Made by a program: the position numbers and the translations under genes. DNA of 64,000 nt from Naegleria gruberi. Lineage: Eukaryota. The stretch is taken from the NCBI GenBank assembly GCA_000004985.1, contig GG738853.1. One strand, 5' to 3'. Position 1 is the first letter of the stretch. The number at the start of each line of letters is the position of its first letter. The notes under the pieces were generated by a model. It was not told the DNA's origin and ran no database searches. It saw only the letters and a program-made list of their open reading frames with translations. Positions 10,836 through 21,427 of the stretch are shown here, in pieces.

Positions 10836-13015
10836 ATGTCCATAGGAGCCATCTCTGGTTATCAGTTCACTGATGTCGACAATCCACCATCTGAGAAAGA
10901 ACGTCATCACTTTCGTAAGAAATTTCATCGTAACAAGGAAACAGATGAAACTGTTTCAAGAACTTTCATTCCAGATACATTAGAACCCAAAGTAAATGTC
11001 CTATCTCATTGTTACATGTTCAAAATCTTTGGTTGGAATACATGGCTAATTGTCATTGGATGTATTGGTGCGATGGGATATGGTGTCATTCCAGTCATTT
11101 GTCAGTACCTTCTGGGATCTCTTATTGATACATTTGCTTCACCAACAGTGACTAGTGAAAGTGCTGGAAGAGCTGTAAACAAATTGAGTCTTCAATTGTT
11201 AATTCTAGCAATTAGTGGTAAGTTCTCTATTGTATATTAAACTAAACTTGTCAAAGGTGCCATTGCCTTTGCTATTCATCACTGTTTCATGCAATTGGCC
11301 AATGCAAGACTTGGTACTGCAATGAGAAAAGCTTACTTGGGTTCATTATCCAAACAAGAAATGAATTATTTCGACATTAAGAAAATTGGATCATTGACAG
11401 TTGTGTTGAGCGAAGATATTCCAAAAATTCAAGATGTTTATACGAATGAATTTTTTGCATTCATGCAAGAGATTATTCAGTTTGTGGTTGGCTTTATTCT
11501 TTCATTGACTGTGAATTATCAAATGGCTTTGATTTTATTTTCAACTGGTAAGTATTTCGATCACTTTCGTCCCATTTAGAATATATTTTGTAGCTCCCTT
11601 GACATTTTTTCTACATACCATTCTCTCAACTATTGCCACCCTTCTTACAAGGAAAATCAACAAGTGCACTGATAATTCAGCTGCCGCTGCCAATGAAATT
11701 TGTTCCTGCATGAAAACTATTCGAAGCATGGCTTCAGAAGAAAAGGAAGCAAAGAAATTTAGTAGGGATTTGAGAAAGATTGATACTTTGGGTTTTTATA
11801 TGGGAATTAATTATGCTACATTTCTTGGAATATCTGTTTTTGTAACATGGGCAACTATTTCACTTGGTTTTTGGTAAGTTTATTGTTTTAAAGTTTCCTA
11901 TAAAAGGAAAAAGGTACGGTGGACATCAAATTGTTGATCAAAAGTCAACTATTGGTTCTATTTTTAAAGTATTTGGAATGATGTTTCTTGGAATTGGTAA
12001 GTTGTTTATTGAAATTCTGTGAAAATTACAATTTTCGAATATAGTTGCTCTTATTCGTTCTGCAACTTTCTTTCCCAGATATGGTAAAGCATATGCTTCA
12101 GAAACTACTCTTCTAAAGGTACTATTAAGAAAACCTGCCATTCCATTCAAAGGTGGACAAAAACTTGATAAAGTTGAAGGTGAAATTGTACTAAAGGATG
12201 TTGAATTTGCCTATCCTTCTCGACCAAACATTAATGTCATGCAAGAATTCAATCTACACATCAAATCTGGACAAACTATTGCCTTGGTAGGACCATCAGG
12301 TTCTGGAAAATCAACTATTGTTGGTTTATTAGAAAGATTCTATACTCCAAATAAGGGAAATATCACAATTGACGGTGTTGACGTTTCAGAATTGGACCCA
12401 ATGTGGCTTCACCGTCATTGTTTAGGAATTGTATCTCAAGAACCTGTTCTCTTTGCTGGATCCATCAAATATAACATTGCCTATGCATTACTCGGACCTG
12501 ACGAAGACATGAATAGGTTTACATCAGTTTCCATGGAACAAATCGAAAGTGTAGCCAAGAGAGCAAACGCACACAACTTTATTATGGAACTGCCCGATAA
12601 ATATGACACTCTATTGGGTGAGAAGGGAGTTTCTCTTTCGGGAGGTCAGAAACAGAGAATTGCCATTGCACGAGCTCTACTGCAAGATCCCAAAATTTTA
12701 CTTTTGGACGAAGCAACTTCTGCACTTGATACAGAATCTGAAAGATTAGTCCAAACAGCCCTTGATGAATTGATGAAAGGCAGAACGAGCATTTGTATTG
12801 CTCACAGGTTGACTACCATTGTGAATGCAGATATGATTTGTGTGTTGGTGAGGGGAAAAATTGTTGAGAAGGGTACACATCAAGAATTAATTCAAATTAA
12901 GGATGGTGTGTATAGAAATTTAGCTCAAAAGCAAATGATGATTGGATCACAAACTGATGAAGAACAAGAAGGAATTTCAAGAGTAGAAAATATTGGAGAT
13001 GACAACGATGAGTAA
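10836..13015 (+). CDS. ABC transporter, ABCB (MDR/TAP-like) half-transporter (TMD then NBD), 5 exons: 10836..11217, 11257..11547, 11594..11873, 11914..11996, 12045..13015, about 668 aa
   Basis: The NBD has Walker A GPSGSGKST, Q-loop, ABC signature LSGGQKQRIAIARAL, Walker B ILLLDEATSALD and the H-loop. The upstream TMD has ABCB-type helices. Introns of 39, 46, 40 and 48 nt (GTAAGT donors) restore the frame across the four ORF-track fragments. Confidence 0.8.
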
Positions 13016-13415
13016 TAATTGTACCGTGTATGAATTCAAGCATGATTGGTAACTTATAAAGATCTTTTTATTAATGTTCAGTGTGTTCAAGTAATGATAA
13101 CAGTGCAACATCCTATTCGAAATGAGTTGAAATCACAAATCACACATAGTTAACGTATCCTAAATAGTGTAAATAGTGGAAAGTGTGGCTCGCAAGACAT
13201 GAAATTTCAATCTCATATATTGCAAATTTCTTGTCAAATCTTTGATGATGATTCAATTTAACACTTTCTCCGTAATTGATCACAAAACATGCTAATGAAC
13301 GCAAGTTTAACATGAAAGTCAAACCTTTGATTTTTTGATTATCTTGACATTCCAATCAAAATCCATTTCATTAAAAATCATTTATCTCAAATCACGTTTC
13401 TAATTTCAAAAAAAA

Positions 13416-14812
13416 ATGCAACACAACTCTTCCACAGATGACGACCACCATCAGCACAACAACATGGATGAAATTGGAACACCATCTACCAATTACATCA
13501 ATCTTTCCTCCGATCAATTAACTCCCACAGCCACCACTCAAGGTTTAGTCGAAAAGCAACAACCCCTAAATCCATTCTATTCACACGATGGTAGACGAAA
13601 GGCAGTTGGACACTGGTTGTGTCATAAATATGTCAGCTTGGGATTATCTATTTTCATATTCTTTGCAGCTCTTTCTCAACTTATTTGTGAAATTGCAGTT
13701 TATCCCTATACCAATAATTATGGAGTCAAAGTTGGACCAAGAGTTGCCATTTATATTCCATTGGCATTTTCCATCTTGTACTATGCCATTATGATATTTA
13801 GTTGTGGAACTTTCAAGTATTTGTGGAATAATATGAGTGTGAGTGAGATTTATAATTATATAGATATGATTACAAAGGTGAAACCTGTCATTGCAATGAG
13901 TGTTTCGTGTTATCATTATGAAACAAGAGTTGAACATTATACTGATTCACAGGGAAGATCACAAACGAGAACTACAACTGTTAGAGTGAATACTTATTCT
14001 GAAACTAGATTGTTTAATTATGAATTTTTCAGAGATTTATCAAGACCTTTTGTGTATGTGTTTATTATAAGAGATTTTAATTCAATAATTTTCATATATT
14101 TTATTCGAAACTTTTCAGTCTCGATGGAACTTCCAAAAAGTATATGAAACTCCAAGTAGCAAACGTAATATTCACCAATGATGAAACCACAAAAAAGTCC
14201 TTAGATACATCCAGACTTGCAATTCAAGTTGAAAATCGTTGGAGAGATGTTCACATGGATTATTCTGAAAATTGGACAGTTCCAGGATTCAAGAAACAAA
14301 TTCTTGCCAAAATGGAGGACAAGACATCAGCTACCTACTTTTTCAACATGTTCAGTTATATCCTATTCTCAATCTTTTTAATGAATAGTTTGTACAGAAT
14401 CATTTTTGATTATTATTGTGACACTCAGGAATATCAAGTAGTGAAAGAAATTTCAGTCTTGCCATTCCCTGAGGAGATGATCATTTTACAACCTTCATTA
14501 TGGATGAATTCAAATTATGGAAGTATGAGTTATGGAGAAGCTGTTTCATTTTCTTCACAATTACCAAAAGATTATATACCTCCACAAAATGGTCAACCAA
14601 CAATGAGTCAACCAGGTATTCCTTATCCTCAACAACAACAAGCAATGCCTATGCAAAATGGTCAACCAATTTATCAAGGTATTAGTGCTCAACCTTATCA
14701 ACCCTATCCAAACAATTCATACACACCACCACAAGTTTACCAAAATAGTCAATATATTCCACCACCAAATACTGTATTGGAACCTGTAACCATTCCAAAT
14801 CCAACAAATTAA
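13416..14812 (+). CDS. Multi-pass membrane protein with a C-terminal Q/P/Y-rich low-complexity tail, 2 exons: 13416..14053, 14119..14812, about 443 aa
   Basis: ATG at 13416. Donor GT|GTATGT and acceptor ttttcag (65-nt intron) join ORFs 13416..14147 and 14144..14812 in frame. There are four or more hydrophobic helices. The tail (PPQNGQPTMSQPGIPYPQQQQ...YTPPQVY...YIPPPN) carries PPxY-like motifs. Family not recognised. Confidence 0.6.
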
Positions 14813-14875
14813 ACATTTCACAAATTTAAAGAACACTGGACGAAACAAGAAGTTATTTTTCTATTTATTGGAAGA

Positions 14876-15271
14876 TTAGAGGACATATCTGTAAATTAAC
14901 CAAGATGAGAAAGAAATATCAAAAACTGCACAGAAAGGAACATAAAAATGTGGAACACTTTCATGCTTGTGGAAAAGTAAATCCCACAATGCATGAATTC
15001 CAATTCCAATTGCATTGGTCAACCAAGAACGATGCTCCAAAGCATACATTGCCAATCCAGTGTATAAAACAACTGCACCAATTTGTGTGAAAACATTCAT
15101 CTTGCCATTGGAAGCCAAAGCAAAACCCAAGTAAATAGCAGCAATGGTTGGGAGCATGAGAGCAACAAATGAGAATGCCAAACTCTCTGACATTAATTCA
15201 ATGTTTAGGATAGAGAAGAGTGCCAAACCTAATCCAACAAGGGAATCTCTAACTGAGGTATGTGAATGCAT
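14876..15271 (-). CDS. Small 4-TM membrane protein (131 aa), uncharacterised
   Basis: Real ATG at 15271, single exon, four hydrophobic segments. It contains a HALWDLLFHKH motif that I cannot assign to a family. Confidence 0.45.
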   Translation of the reverse strand: MHSHTSVRDSLVGLGLALFSILNIELMSESLAFSFVALMLPTIAAIYLGFALASNGKMNVFTQIGAVVLYTGLAMYALEHRSWLTNAIGIGIHALWDLLFHKHESVPHFYVPFCAVFDISFSSWLIYRYVL

Positions 15272-15493
15272 TTTATATTGTAGTTCAATTAGTTGTGCAT
15301 CAGGTGCAAGATTCTTTTAAAGGAATTTAATAATTGTACTATTGTTATCCAATCAAAATTAGCTACTTAAATGGAATCTATCGCGCAGTTGACCACAATT
15401 CTAAAGCATTTTGATTGAATGATTCGCAAACAATTTTCACCTCAAAGTAAAACAAACCAATGATCTAGTTCTTTGTTTAACATCCAATGTGAA

Positions 15494-15574
15494 GCAGGGG
15501 TTCCCGAGTGGTCAAAGGGGGTAGACTCAAGTTCTACTGCGCAAGCTTCGTGGGTTCAAATCCCTCCTTCTGCA
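15494..15574 (+). tRNA. tRNA-Leu(CAA): tRNA-Leu (anticodon CAA), class II with a long variable arm, 81 nt
   Basis: GCAGGGGTTCCCGAGTGGTCAAAGGGGGTAGACTCAAGTTCTAC...GTGGGTTCAAATCCCTCCTTCTGCA. It has a 3-bp D stem, anticodon loop CTCAAGT, and TTTT at 15577-15580. There is one U-U mismatch in the T stem (positions 50/64). Confidence 0.7.
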
Positions 15575-15785
15575 ACTTTTGCTTCTTTATCCCTTAATCT
15601 TTTTGATAAGACGACCATTTTCAAATATTTATTGTTAGTATGATGTCTAGTTTCTATGGTAAAATTTTTGTGCAACTCCAAATAGACTCTATAAAGATAA
15701 TCAATAAAGATAACGCTGACCTCAAATATTCCAGCTGAAATACCTTGAAGATTTGAAGAGCTACTAAAACATTTAATTTCCAAAA

Positions 15786-15903
15786 GACTACAGCACCACA
15801 GGTTCCCAAGTTGTCTCCAACCTCAGTACTGATGTGGCTCGACGATGCTTAACTTCTCAAATCGGACGGGATGAGGTGCATTCATCGTGATATGGCCGTA
15901 GCC
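15786..15903 (-). rRNA. 5S rRNA: 5S ribosomal RNA gene (118 nt), dispersed copy 1
   Basis: Reverse complement GGCTACGGCCATATCACGATGAATGCACCTCATCCCGTCCGATTTGAGAAGTTAAGCATCGTCGAGCCACATCAGTACTGAGGTTGGAGACAACTTGGGAACCTGTGGTGCTGTAGTC matches the universal 5S consensus (box A/C region, loop E). A T-run terminator follows (plus-strand caaaa at 15781-15785). Confidence 0.85.
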
Positions 15904-16224
15904 AATCATTATCCTAAAACCTTGAATATAACCATCACCAAAGAACCACATATACTATTTTTCTGACTAATGTCATTTTGAATATTAAAGTTAAGCCAAT
16001 TCAAATGCCAAATGATATATAAAAGAGAACTACACCAAAATTATCCCCACTATGGATTGATTTTACTATTGGTGTACCCCATCCTCCCTACTCAACGATG
16101 TTATTATGTTATCAAGCACAAATACAACACAATCTCCAACAGTAACTACCATCAATAAGGAGTTTCGTTTTTTAATTAGAATTTTGGTGTGTTGAATGAG
16201 GAAAGTATCAGTTAGTGTATTGGT

Positions 16225-16713
16225 TTATTTCTTTTTAGGTCTCTTTCTTGGTCTTCCAATCTTTCTCTTGACGATTTTATACCTATCCTTCATGGAATCA
16301 ATAGTTTCAATGTTGAATTTTCCACGATTAAATGATATAGAGATGTGTTTTCGTTTGGAAGATGGAATTTTCATGCCTTCACTTGCTGAAGATCTGTCAG
16401 AAGAATATTGGAGATTAGTTTCGTTTTTCGAATATGTTGATATTGATGAATAAACTTGTTGATCCTTTGAAGTTTCTATCACGTTAGTATCTGTACATGT
16501 TCTTAGAATTTCCAATAAGAGAAGCATCCTCTCCTCTGCACTATTTACATGTTCTGTCAATTCTATAAATTGTTTTAATCTAATGAAGTGAATTAAATGT
16601 TAATAAGTTGACTGAAATTTTTCAATAACATACGTTAAGCTTCCATTCACTAGTCCATCAATAATTGTCTTCCATTTTACATCATTAGATTGAGAAGGTT
16701 GTTGTTGACACAT
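16225..16713 (-). CDS. Small basic nuclear-type protein with a C-terminal AT-hook (KIGRPRKRPKKK), 2 exons: complement(16634..16713, 16225..16579), about 145 aa
   Basis: ATG at 16713 (MCQQQPSQSNDVKWK...). Donor AC|GTATGT, 54-nt intron 16580..16633, acceptor cattag. The splice continues in frame into ORF-track 16225..16560, whose listed start is a TTG. GRP-core AT-hook at the C-terminus. Confidence 0.35.
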
Positions 16714-17950
16714 TTTTTAATTGTTGGTTGAATTGAACGACTAGAAACCAATGGACTTTGAAAAGATTCCAATCTAACACACACCGGTGGATCTTATCCA
16801 CCCATTTGCAACTTCATGTTTGTTGAGATCTAAATTAACACAAATAGTGGTGAAAGTTGAAATATTTCAAATTTAAACGTCGTTATCTTTGAAGCGGTCT
16901 GTTAAAACTATGCGACCATTCATTGGTATTCGAAAGAGAAATTAGTGATATTTACGATATTTAGAAGGATAGTTGTTGAATTGTCAAATGCTACACTATT
17001 TGAATTCTTTCTTTATTTGTGATTCAGTTAGATGAGTGGTTCATCATCTAAGGCTTTTCATTTAATGTTGAACCGTTCAATGATTGTTACTCTTGGTTAA
17101 ATATCAAAGTATCTCACAACAGTCTACAGAAGAAACATTACTGCAAAAGAAGAGGTTTGTTTATCATTGTTTTTGCCACTTTCTTTGATTAAAAAGAAAA
17201 CGTTGTAAGTTTATTAGTGTACTTGAAAAGATTCTTGCGTATTTAGTACCTATATGTATCTATAACAGATCAATTAGAACAAATTCCTTATATATGTTAA
17301 AAATTGACCTATTTGGAATGCCCTGAACTGAATTAAGGCTAAAATCCTACATGGGAATCAAGTTTTTACGCTTCTGTTTCGTTAAATTCAAAAATGAAGC
17401 ATATACAGCAATGTAATGTTGGTCAAAAAATTTAAGAATAATGAACAGAAATTCGTTGATTGAGATACAGCTATTGGAATGGCACCTTAACGTCTTGTGT
17501 TTCTACCAACGTTCAAGCATTTGCCAATGCTTGTGATGACACCTATCAAAATTAGATCCAAATAATGCTAACTAATTTTTTGTTTAACAAAATTTGAAGT
17601 TTGACATACATGTTGAAGGATACAATGAGTTGGAAGAAATGTTATCTGAAACACAATTTTCTTGATATAAATAGATGTCATTACTCATATCAATTCATTA
17701 TTGAGAAAGGTGCAGCAATACCTTCAATAACCACACAGAATTAATTTCCTATTAAAATTCAGATTGGAGAACATTTAACAATTTCTCAGCCTTAATGTAT
17801 TCGTTTCACTAGTACTAACAAACAATAATTGGCCAATAATTTACATTAGGTGAAAGTGTGAAGTTGTTATGTGTTGCATTAATTTGGATGACAACCCTTT
17901 TTTTAACGGGTATTGTAATTTTTTTAAAATAATTAAAAAATTATAAAAAA

Positions 17951-18703
17951 ATGAGCGACGAAGATTTCTTTACCACACCTTCCAACGAAGAAACCCAACA
18001 ACCTGCTGACGAAATGTTCGGCGATCAACAACAACCACAAGAGTCCTTTGATTCTTTCGCTTCTGGTGATGATAATGGATTTGTTGCTGATGATCAAGGT
18101 TTCGATCAACAAGGTTATGTTGAAGAACAAGAACAAGAACAACAAGATTTTGAACAACAAGGTTACGTAGAAGAACAACCAATGACTGTCTATGAACAAC
18201 AACAACAAGAACAATACACCGAACCACCAAAGCAAGTGTCTGCCATCAGAGAATTCGAGGAAAAGAGATACAACGCCCTTATGGAAAAGGACAATGAAAG
18301 CAGAGTGCAACACGATAAAATTTTGGACGAAGCCAAGAATTATAAGGCCAAGTATATCAAGGATCGTGAAGAAAGAAAGGACACAAACTCCAAGAAGAAC
18401 AAGGATGATGAAGAAATCTTCCGTTCAACCATGGAAACTGTTCACGAAAATGTCTGGGAAAATGTTATGAAATATGTTGACTTGAACAAGGCAAAGTCTC
18501 AAAACAAGCTTGACAAGGAATTGGATGATATGGACGAACAAATTCTCGGTAAGAAGAAGAAGAAGAAGAACCAACAAAAGGAAGAAGAAAAGACCACAGT
18601 CAAGAAAGCCGACCAATTTGATCATCTTGAAGTTGAACAAAAGGATACCACTAGACTCAGAAAGATCCTTTTGGAATTAAAGGCAGAAGCTCCAGCTCAT
18701 TAA
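17951..18703 (+). CDS. Clathrin light chain-like protein (250 aa), acidic Q/E-rich N-terminus
   Basis: The C-terminal half (AIREFEEKRYNALMEKD...KDTTRLRKILLELKAEAPAH*) parallels the clathrin light chain conserved region and the characteristic ...SRMRSVLISLKQ-type C-terminus. Single exon, real ATG. Confidence 0.5.
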   Translation: MSDEDFFTTPSNEETQQPADEMFGDQQQPQESFDSFASGDDNGFVADDQGFDQQGYVEEQEQEQQDFEQQGYVEEQPMTVYEQQQQEQYTEPPKQVSAIREFEEKRYNALMEKDNESRVQHDKILDEAKNYKAKYIKDREERKDTNSKKNKDDEEIFRSTMETVHENVWENVMKYVDLNKAKSQNKLDKELDDMDEQILGKKKKKKNQQKEEEKTTVKKADQFDHLEVEQKDTTRLRKILLELKAEAPAH

Positions 18704-18809
18704 ATAAACTTTAAAAGCAATTTTTGTATAGTAATAATTATTTTCATTTAAAATATTACAAAAATATTAAAATAATTAAATTTGTATTAAATTTATACAA
18801 TTATTATTC

Positions 18810-19808
18810 TTAAGGTCTATTCACCAAGTTAACCAAACTTTGAGTACTCACAACTGCAGATGGGAATTGATTTTCCAATACAATCAATCTGTGAACTCTG
18901 GTTGCCTTCAATCTCTTTACGATAAGTTCCAATGTTGAATCTGGCTTACAATAAATATATGGATACTTTTCATTGACACTCTTTTGACGAACAGCAGATA
19001 AAAAGTCAATAACAGGTAAATCAAGGAGAGCAAATTCACCTTCAGAAACCATTTGAATATCTCTAGAACTTAAAACACTGATCAAATGTTTTTCTTCACT
19101 AACAATTGGCACAAAATTAACCTTATGTTCGGACATCATAACAAAAACATCAATAGTACGCATATTTTCATCAGCACAACATTTCAATTCACGTGATAAA
19201 TGTAATTCATGACAAGTAGCATTGAAAACAGTGTTTCCTTCATTTTCATCAATAATTTCTTTCATCAATTTGATAACATCGGAGTGTGATACAACATTAA
19301 TGATCATACCAGCTTCATCCTCAATAATAATACGCTTATTACCTAAAGCAAATTGTTGAATAGCATCCATAGCAGTGGCTGCTAAAGTAAGAGTTCCATG
19401 AGCATCCATTTTAGAGTAATTAGCAACTTTAATCACAGGTGTATCCAAAATAGCTTTAGCAACTTCTTGATTTTGGAGTAATTGAATTGTAATATTCTTT
19501 CTTGGTGATACTGGTGTATTATTAATATTGGCCATTTCAACAAGAGCTTGTCGGTAAGTATCAACCATGAAAGCAATAATATCACTAAAATCAATAAAGT
19601 GAACTTCTGAAGCTTTTTGAGTCTTTTCCTTGTGCGAATAAATTGGAGCAGAACGAACATCCCACTTCATAAGTTGTTGTATGGCATGAGAAATAGTTTC
19701 ATCTGCAGTAAAAGAGAGAAGGTTTTTCTTTTGACCAACAAGTTGTTCTATAGTGGTATTTTGGAATGTTTCCTTCAAAATTTGCTTAGCAACAGACGTT
19801 GAAGACAT
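18810..19808 (-). CDS. Protein with four tandem CBS domains (about 332 aa), Snf4/AMPK-gamma-like
   Basis: ATG at 19808 (MSSTSVAKQILKETFQNTTIEQL...). The ORF-track start at 19904 is upstream read-through. Four Bateman/CBS repeats (e.g. HRLIVLEN at the C-terminus). Size and architecture match yeast Snf4 (322 aa) and the AMPK gamma core. Confidence 0.7.
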   Translation of the reverse strand: MSSTSVAKQILKETFQNTTIEQLVGQKKNLLSFTADETISHAIQQLMKWDVRSAPIYSHKEKTQKASEVHFIDFSDIIAFMVDTYRQALVEMANINNTPVSPRKNITIQLLQNQEVAKAILDTPVIKVANYSKMDAHGTLTLAATAMDAIQQFALGNKRIIIEDEAGMIINVVSHSDVIKLMKEIIDENEGNTVFNATCHELHLSRELKCCADENMRTIDVFVMMSEHKVNFVPIVSEEKHLISVLSSRDIQMVSEGEFALLDLPVIDFLSAVRQKSVNEKYPYIYCKPDSTLELIVKRLKATRVHRLIVLENQFPSAVVSTQSLVNLVNRP

Positions 19809-20479
19809 GATGATGTGATGATGTAGTGGTGTATATGGAAGTAAATAGATCAAAACTTGTATATTCTTGAAGTGAGTGGCTTTAGTACTACAACAAGAAT
19901 TCAAAATAATAGCGCGAAACGGGAAAGATCAAGCTTTGATATTTTTTTAATAATTTATAATGTTGTTGTTTTTGGGTCTTATTGCTGATGGAACCATTTT
20001 CATCGAATCTTAGCCTTCGTTCATCGCCCAACGAGAATTGAAATAATTAACGAAGTACCCAAGGAAGATTTCAAGTGAGCATCAAAGATAAAATTAACCA
20101 TATTTCTTAACACTTGGTCCTCCAAAGTATACTCTGTTTTAAATGAAAATATGAAATAATATTTGATATCAATGAAGATATTGTTGTTGTTACTGTAGTT
20201 TAGTTTGTTTGGAATGATGTTGAAACTAATCAATAAGACCGGGTCCAAGTATGGTAATCATTAAAATTGTACAAAAGAGGAAAAAGTTGTGGCTCAATTG
20301 AGTAGAATTTTAAAGTAGGTACTCGGTTGTAAATAGCTTGTTTCAGTTCCTATTCGATATCTTGCCATTTCTTCAAATTTATTTATAATTATCATCATTC
20401 CTGTTGAATCAATTTACAATAAAGAGTTTAGAGTTGTTCGTTATTGGGATTCTTGTTTAACCAAATGCTATTAAACATA

Positions 20480-21007
20480 TTACAATTTTAATTCCTCCAA
20501 TTTAATGTCATGAGCATTGAAATGATACTCTTTGAATTTTGAAATTAGTAAACTTTTCATTTCATTTTCCAAATTATTCGAAATTGTAACACTTCCATCA
20601 ACAATTGCATTTCTCAAGACTGCATTTGCATACGATTCCATTGTAATATTATAATCTTTCCCTAATTTTCTGTAAGTATCATTTATATTATCCAATAAAG
20701 GTTCATACTTGACTGAATATCTAATATATTGATCCTTCTCTTTCGTAAAGTATAAAATATTGGAAATTCTTTGTGTTTTAACAGGAAAAAGAGTAGGTTT
20801 TTGAATGAAAGGAATTAAAAAGTGAGGACCCTGTTCTAAAGGTTCTTCAAATTGTGCAGATAACCTATTAAACACAACTCCTTTAAATCCAGGTTTAACA
20901 GAACAATATGATGCCTGGATTGCAATGGCAGTAAGACCTGCTCCGAGAATCCAAAATATTGGTGCCTTTCTTTGGTTGGACATTTTTTTTTGATAGAAGA
21001 TTCTCAT
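20480..21007 (-). CDS. Short SPFH/Band-7 domain protein, prohibitin-like N-terminus (about 175 aa)
   Basis: N-terminal anchor followed by VKPGFKGVVFNRLSAQFEEPLEQGPHFLIPFIQKP (compare prohibitin VDGGHRAVIFDRFRGVQ...GTHFLIPWVQKP) and GKDYNITMESYANAVLRNAIV (compare GEDYDERVLPSI). It lacks the C-terminal coiled coil of prohibitins. The alternative start at 20983 (MSNQRK...) is equally plausible. Confidence 0.55.
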   Translation of the reverse strand: MRIFYQKKMSNQRKAPIFWILGAGLTAIAIQASYCSVKPGFKGVVFNRLSAQFEEPLEQGPHFLIPFIQKPTLFPVKTQRISNILYFTKEKDQYIRYSVKYEPLLDNINDTYRKLGKDYNITMESYANAVLRNAIVDGSVTISNNLENEMKSLLISKFKEYHFNAHDIKLEELKL

Positions 21008-21427
21008 CAATGGTGATCATGTTGATCATTGAGAATCTTTATTGAAAATACTAAGCAGTAGATGAAATAGAAACGCCCATTATTATTGAGATATGAAAGA
21101 AAAGCACATGTATGGTTGGTATGTGAAGAGCTAATCAGTGGATCAGTTGTTTTGTTTCTAATTAAAATTCGAAAGCTCCTTAAAGAAAACAAGATAATGA
21201 TCATTATCAAATCATTAAATTTATCAATGATTTGAAAATGTCAAGTCTTGCAAATATTAATAAAAATAAGGAGCTTCACCATTTTTCACCTTCGTATTGT
21301 TGTCGTTTGAGCCAAGTTGTCAAACACAACAGACAACAATGGTAATACAAAGGGCGATGTAGAAAAAGATGAGAGAAAAAGTCGAAATCATGTCAGACTT
21401 GTCAAACGTTTAAAAAAACTAAAAAAA

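Noticed and set aside
21317-21427. ORF-track N-terminal extensions starting at TTG or GTG (e.g. 21317, 35146, 62221, 4513, 39694, 51264)
   Set aside because: Sequence at those coordinates is TTG or GTG, not ATG. The true starts are either the first in-frame ATG or an upstream spliced exon. This applies to the F-box gene, CCT4, CCT7 and myosin I.
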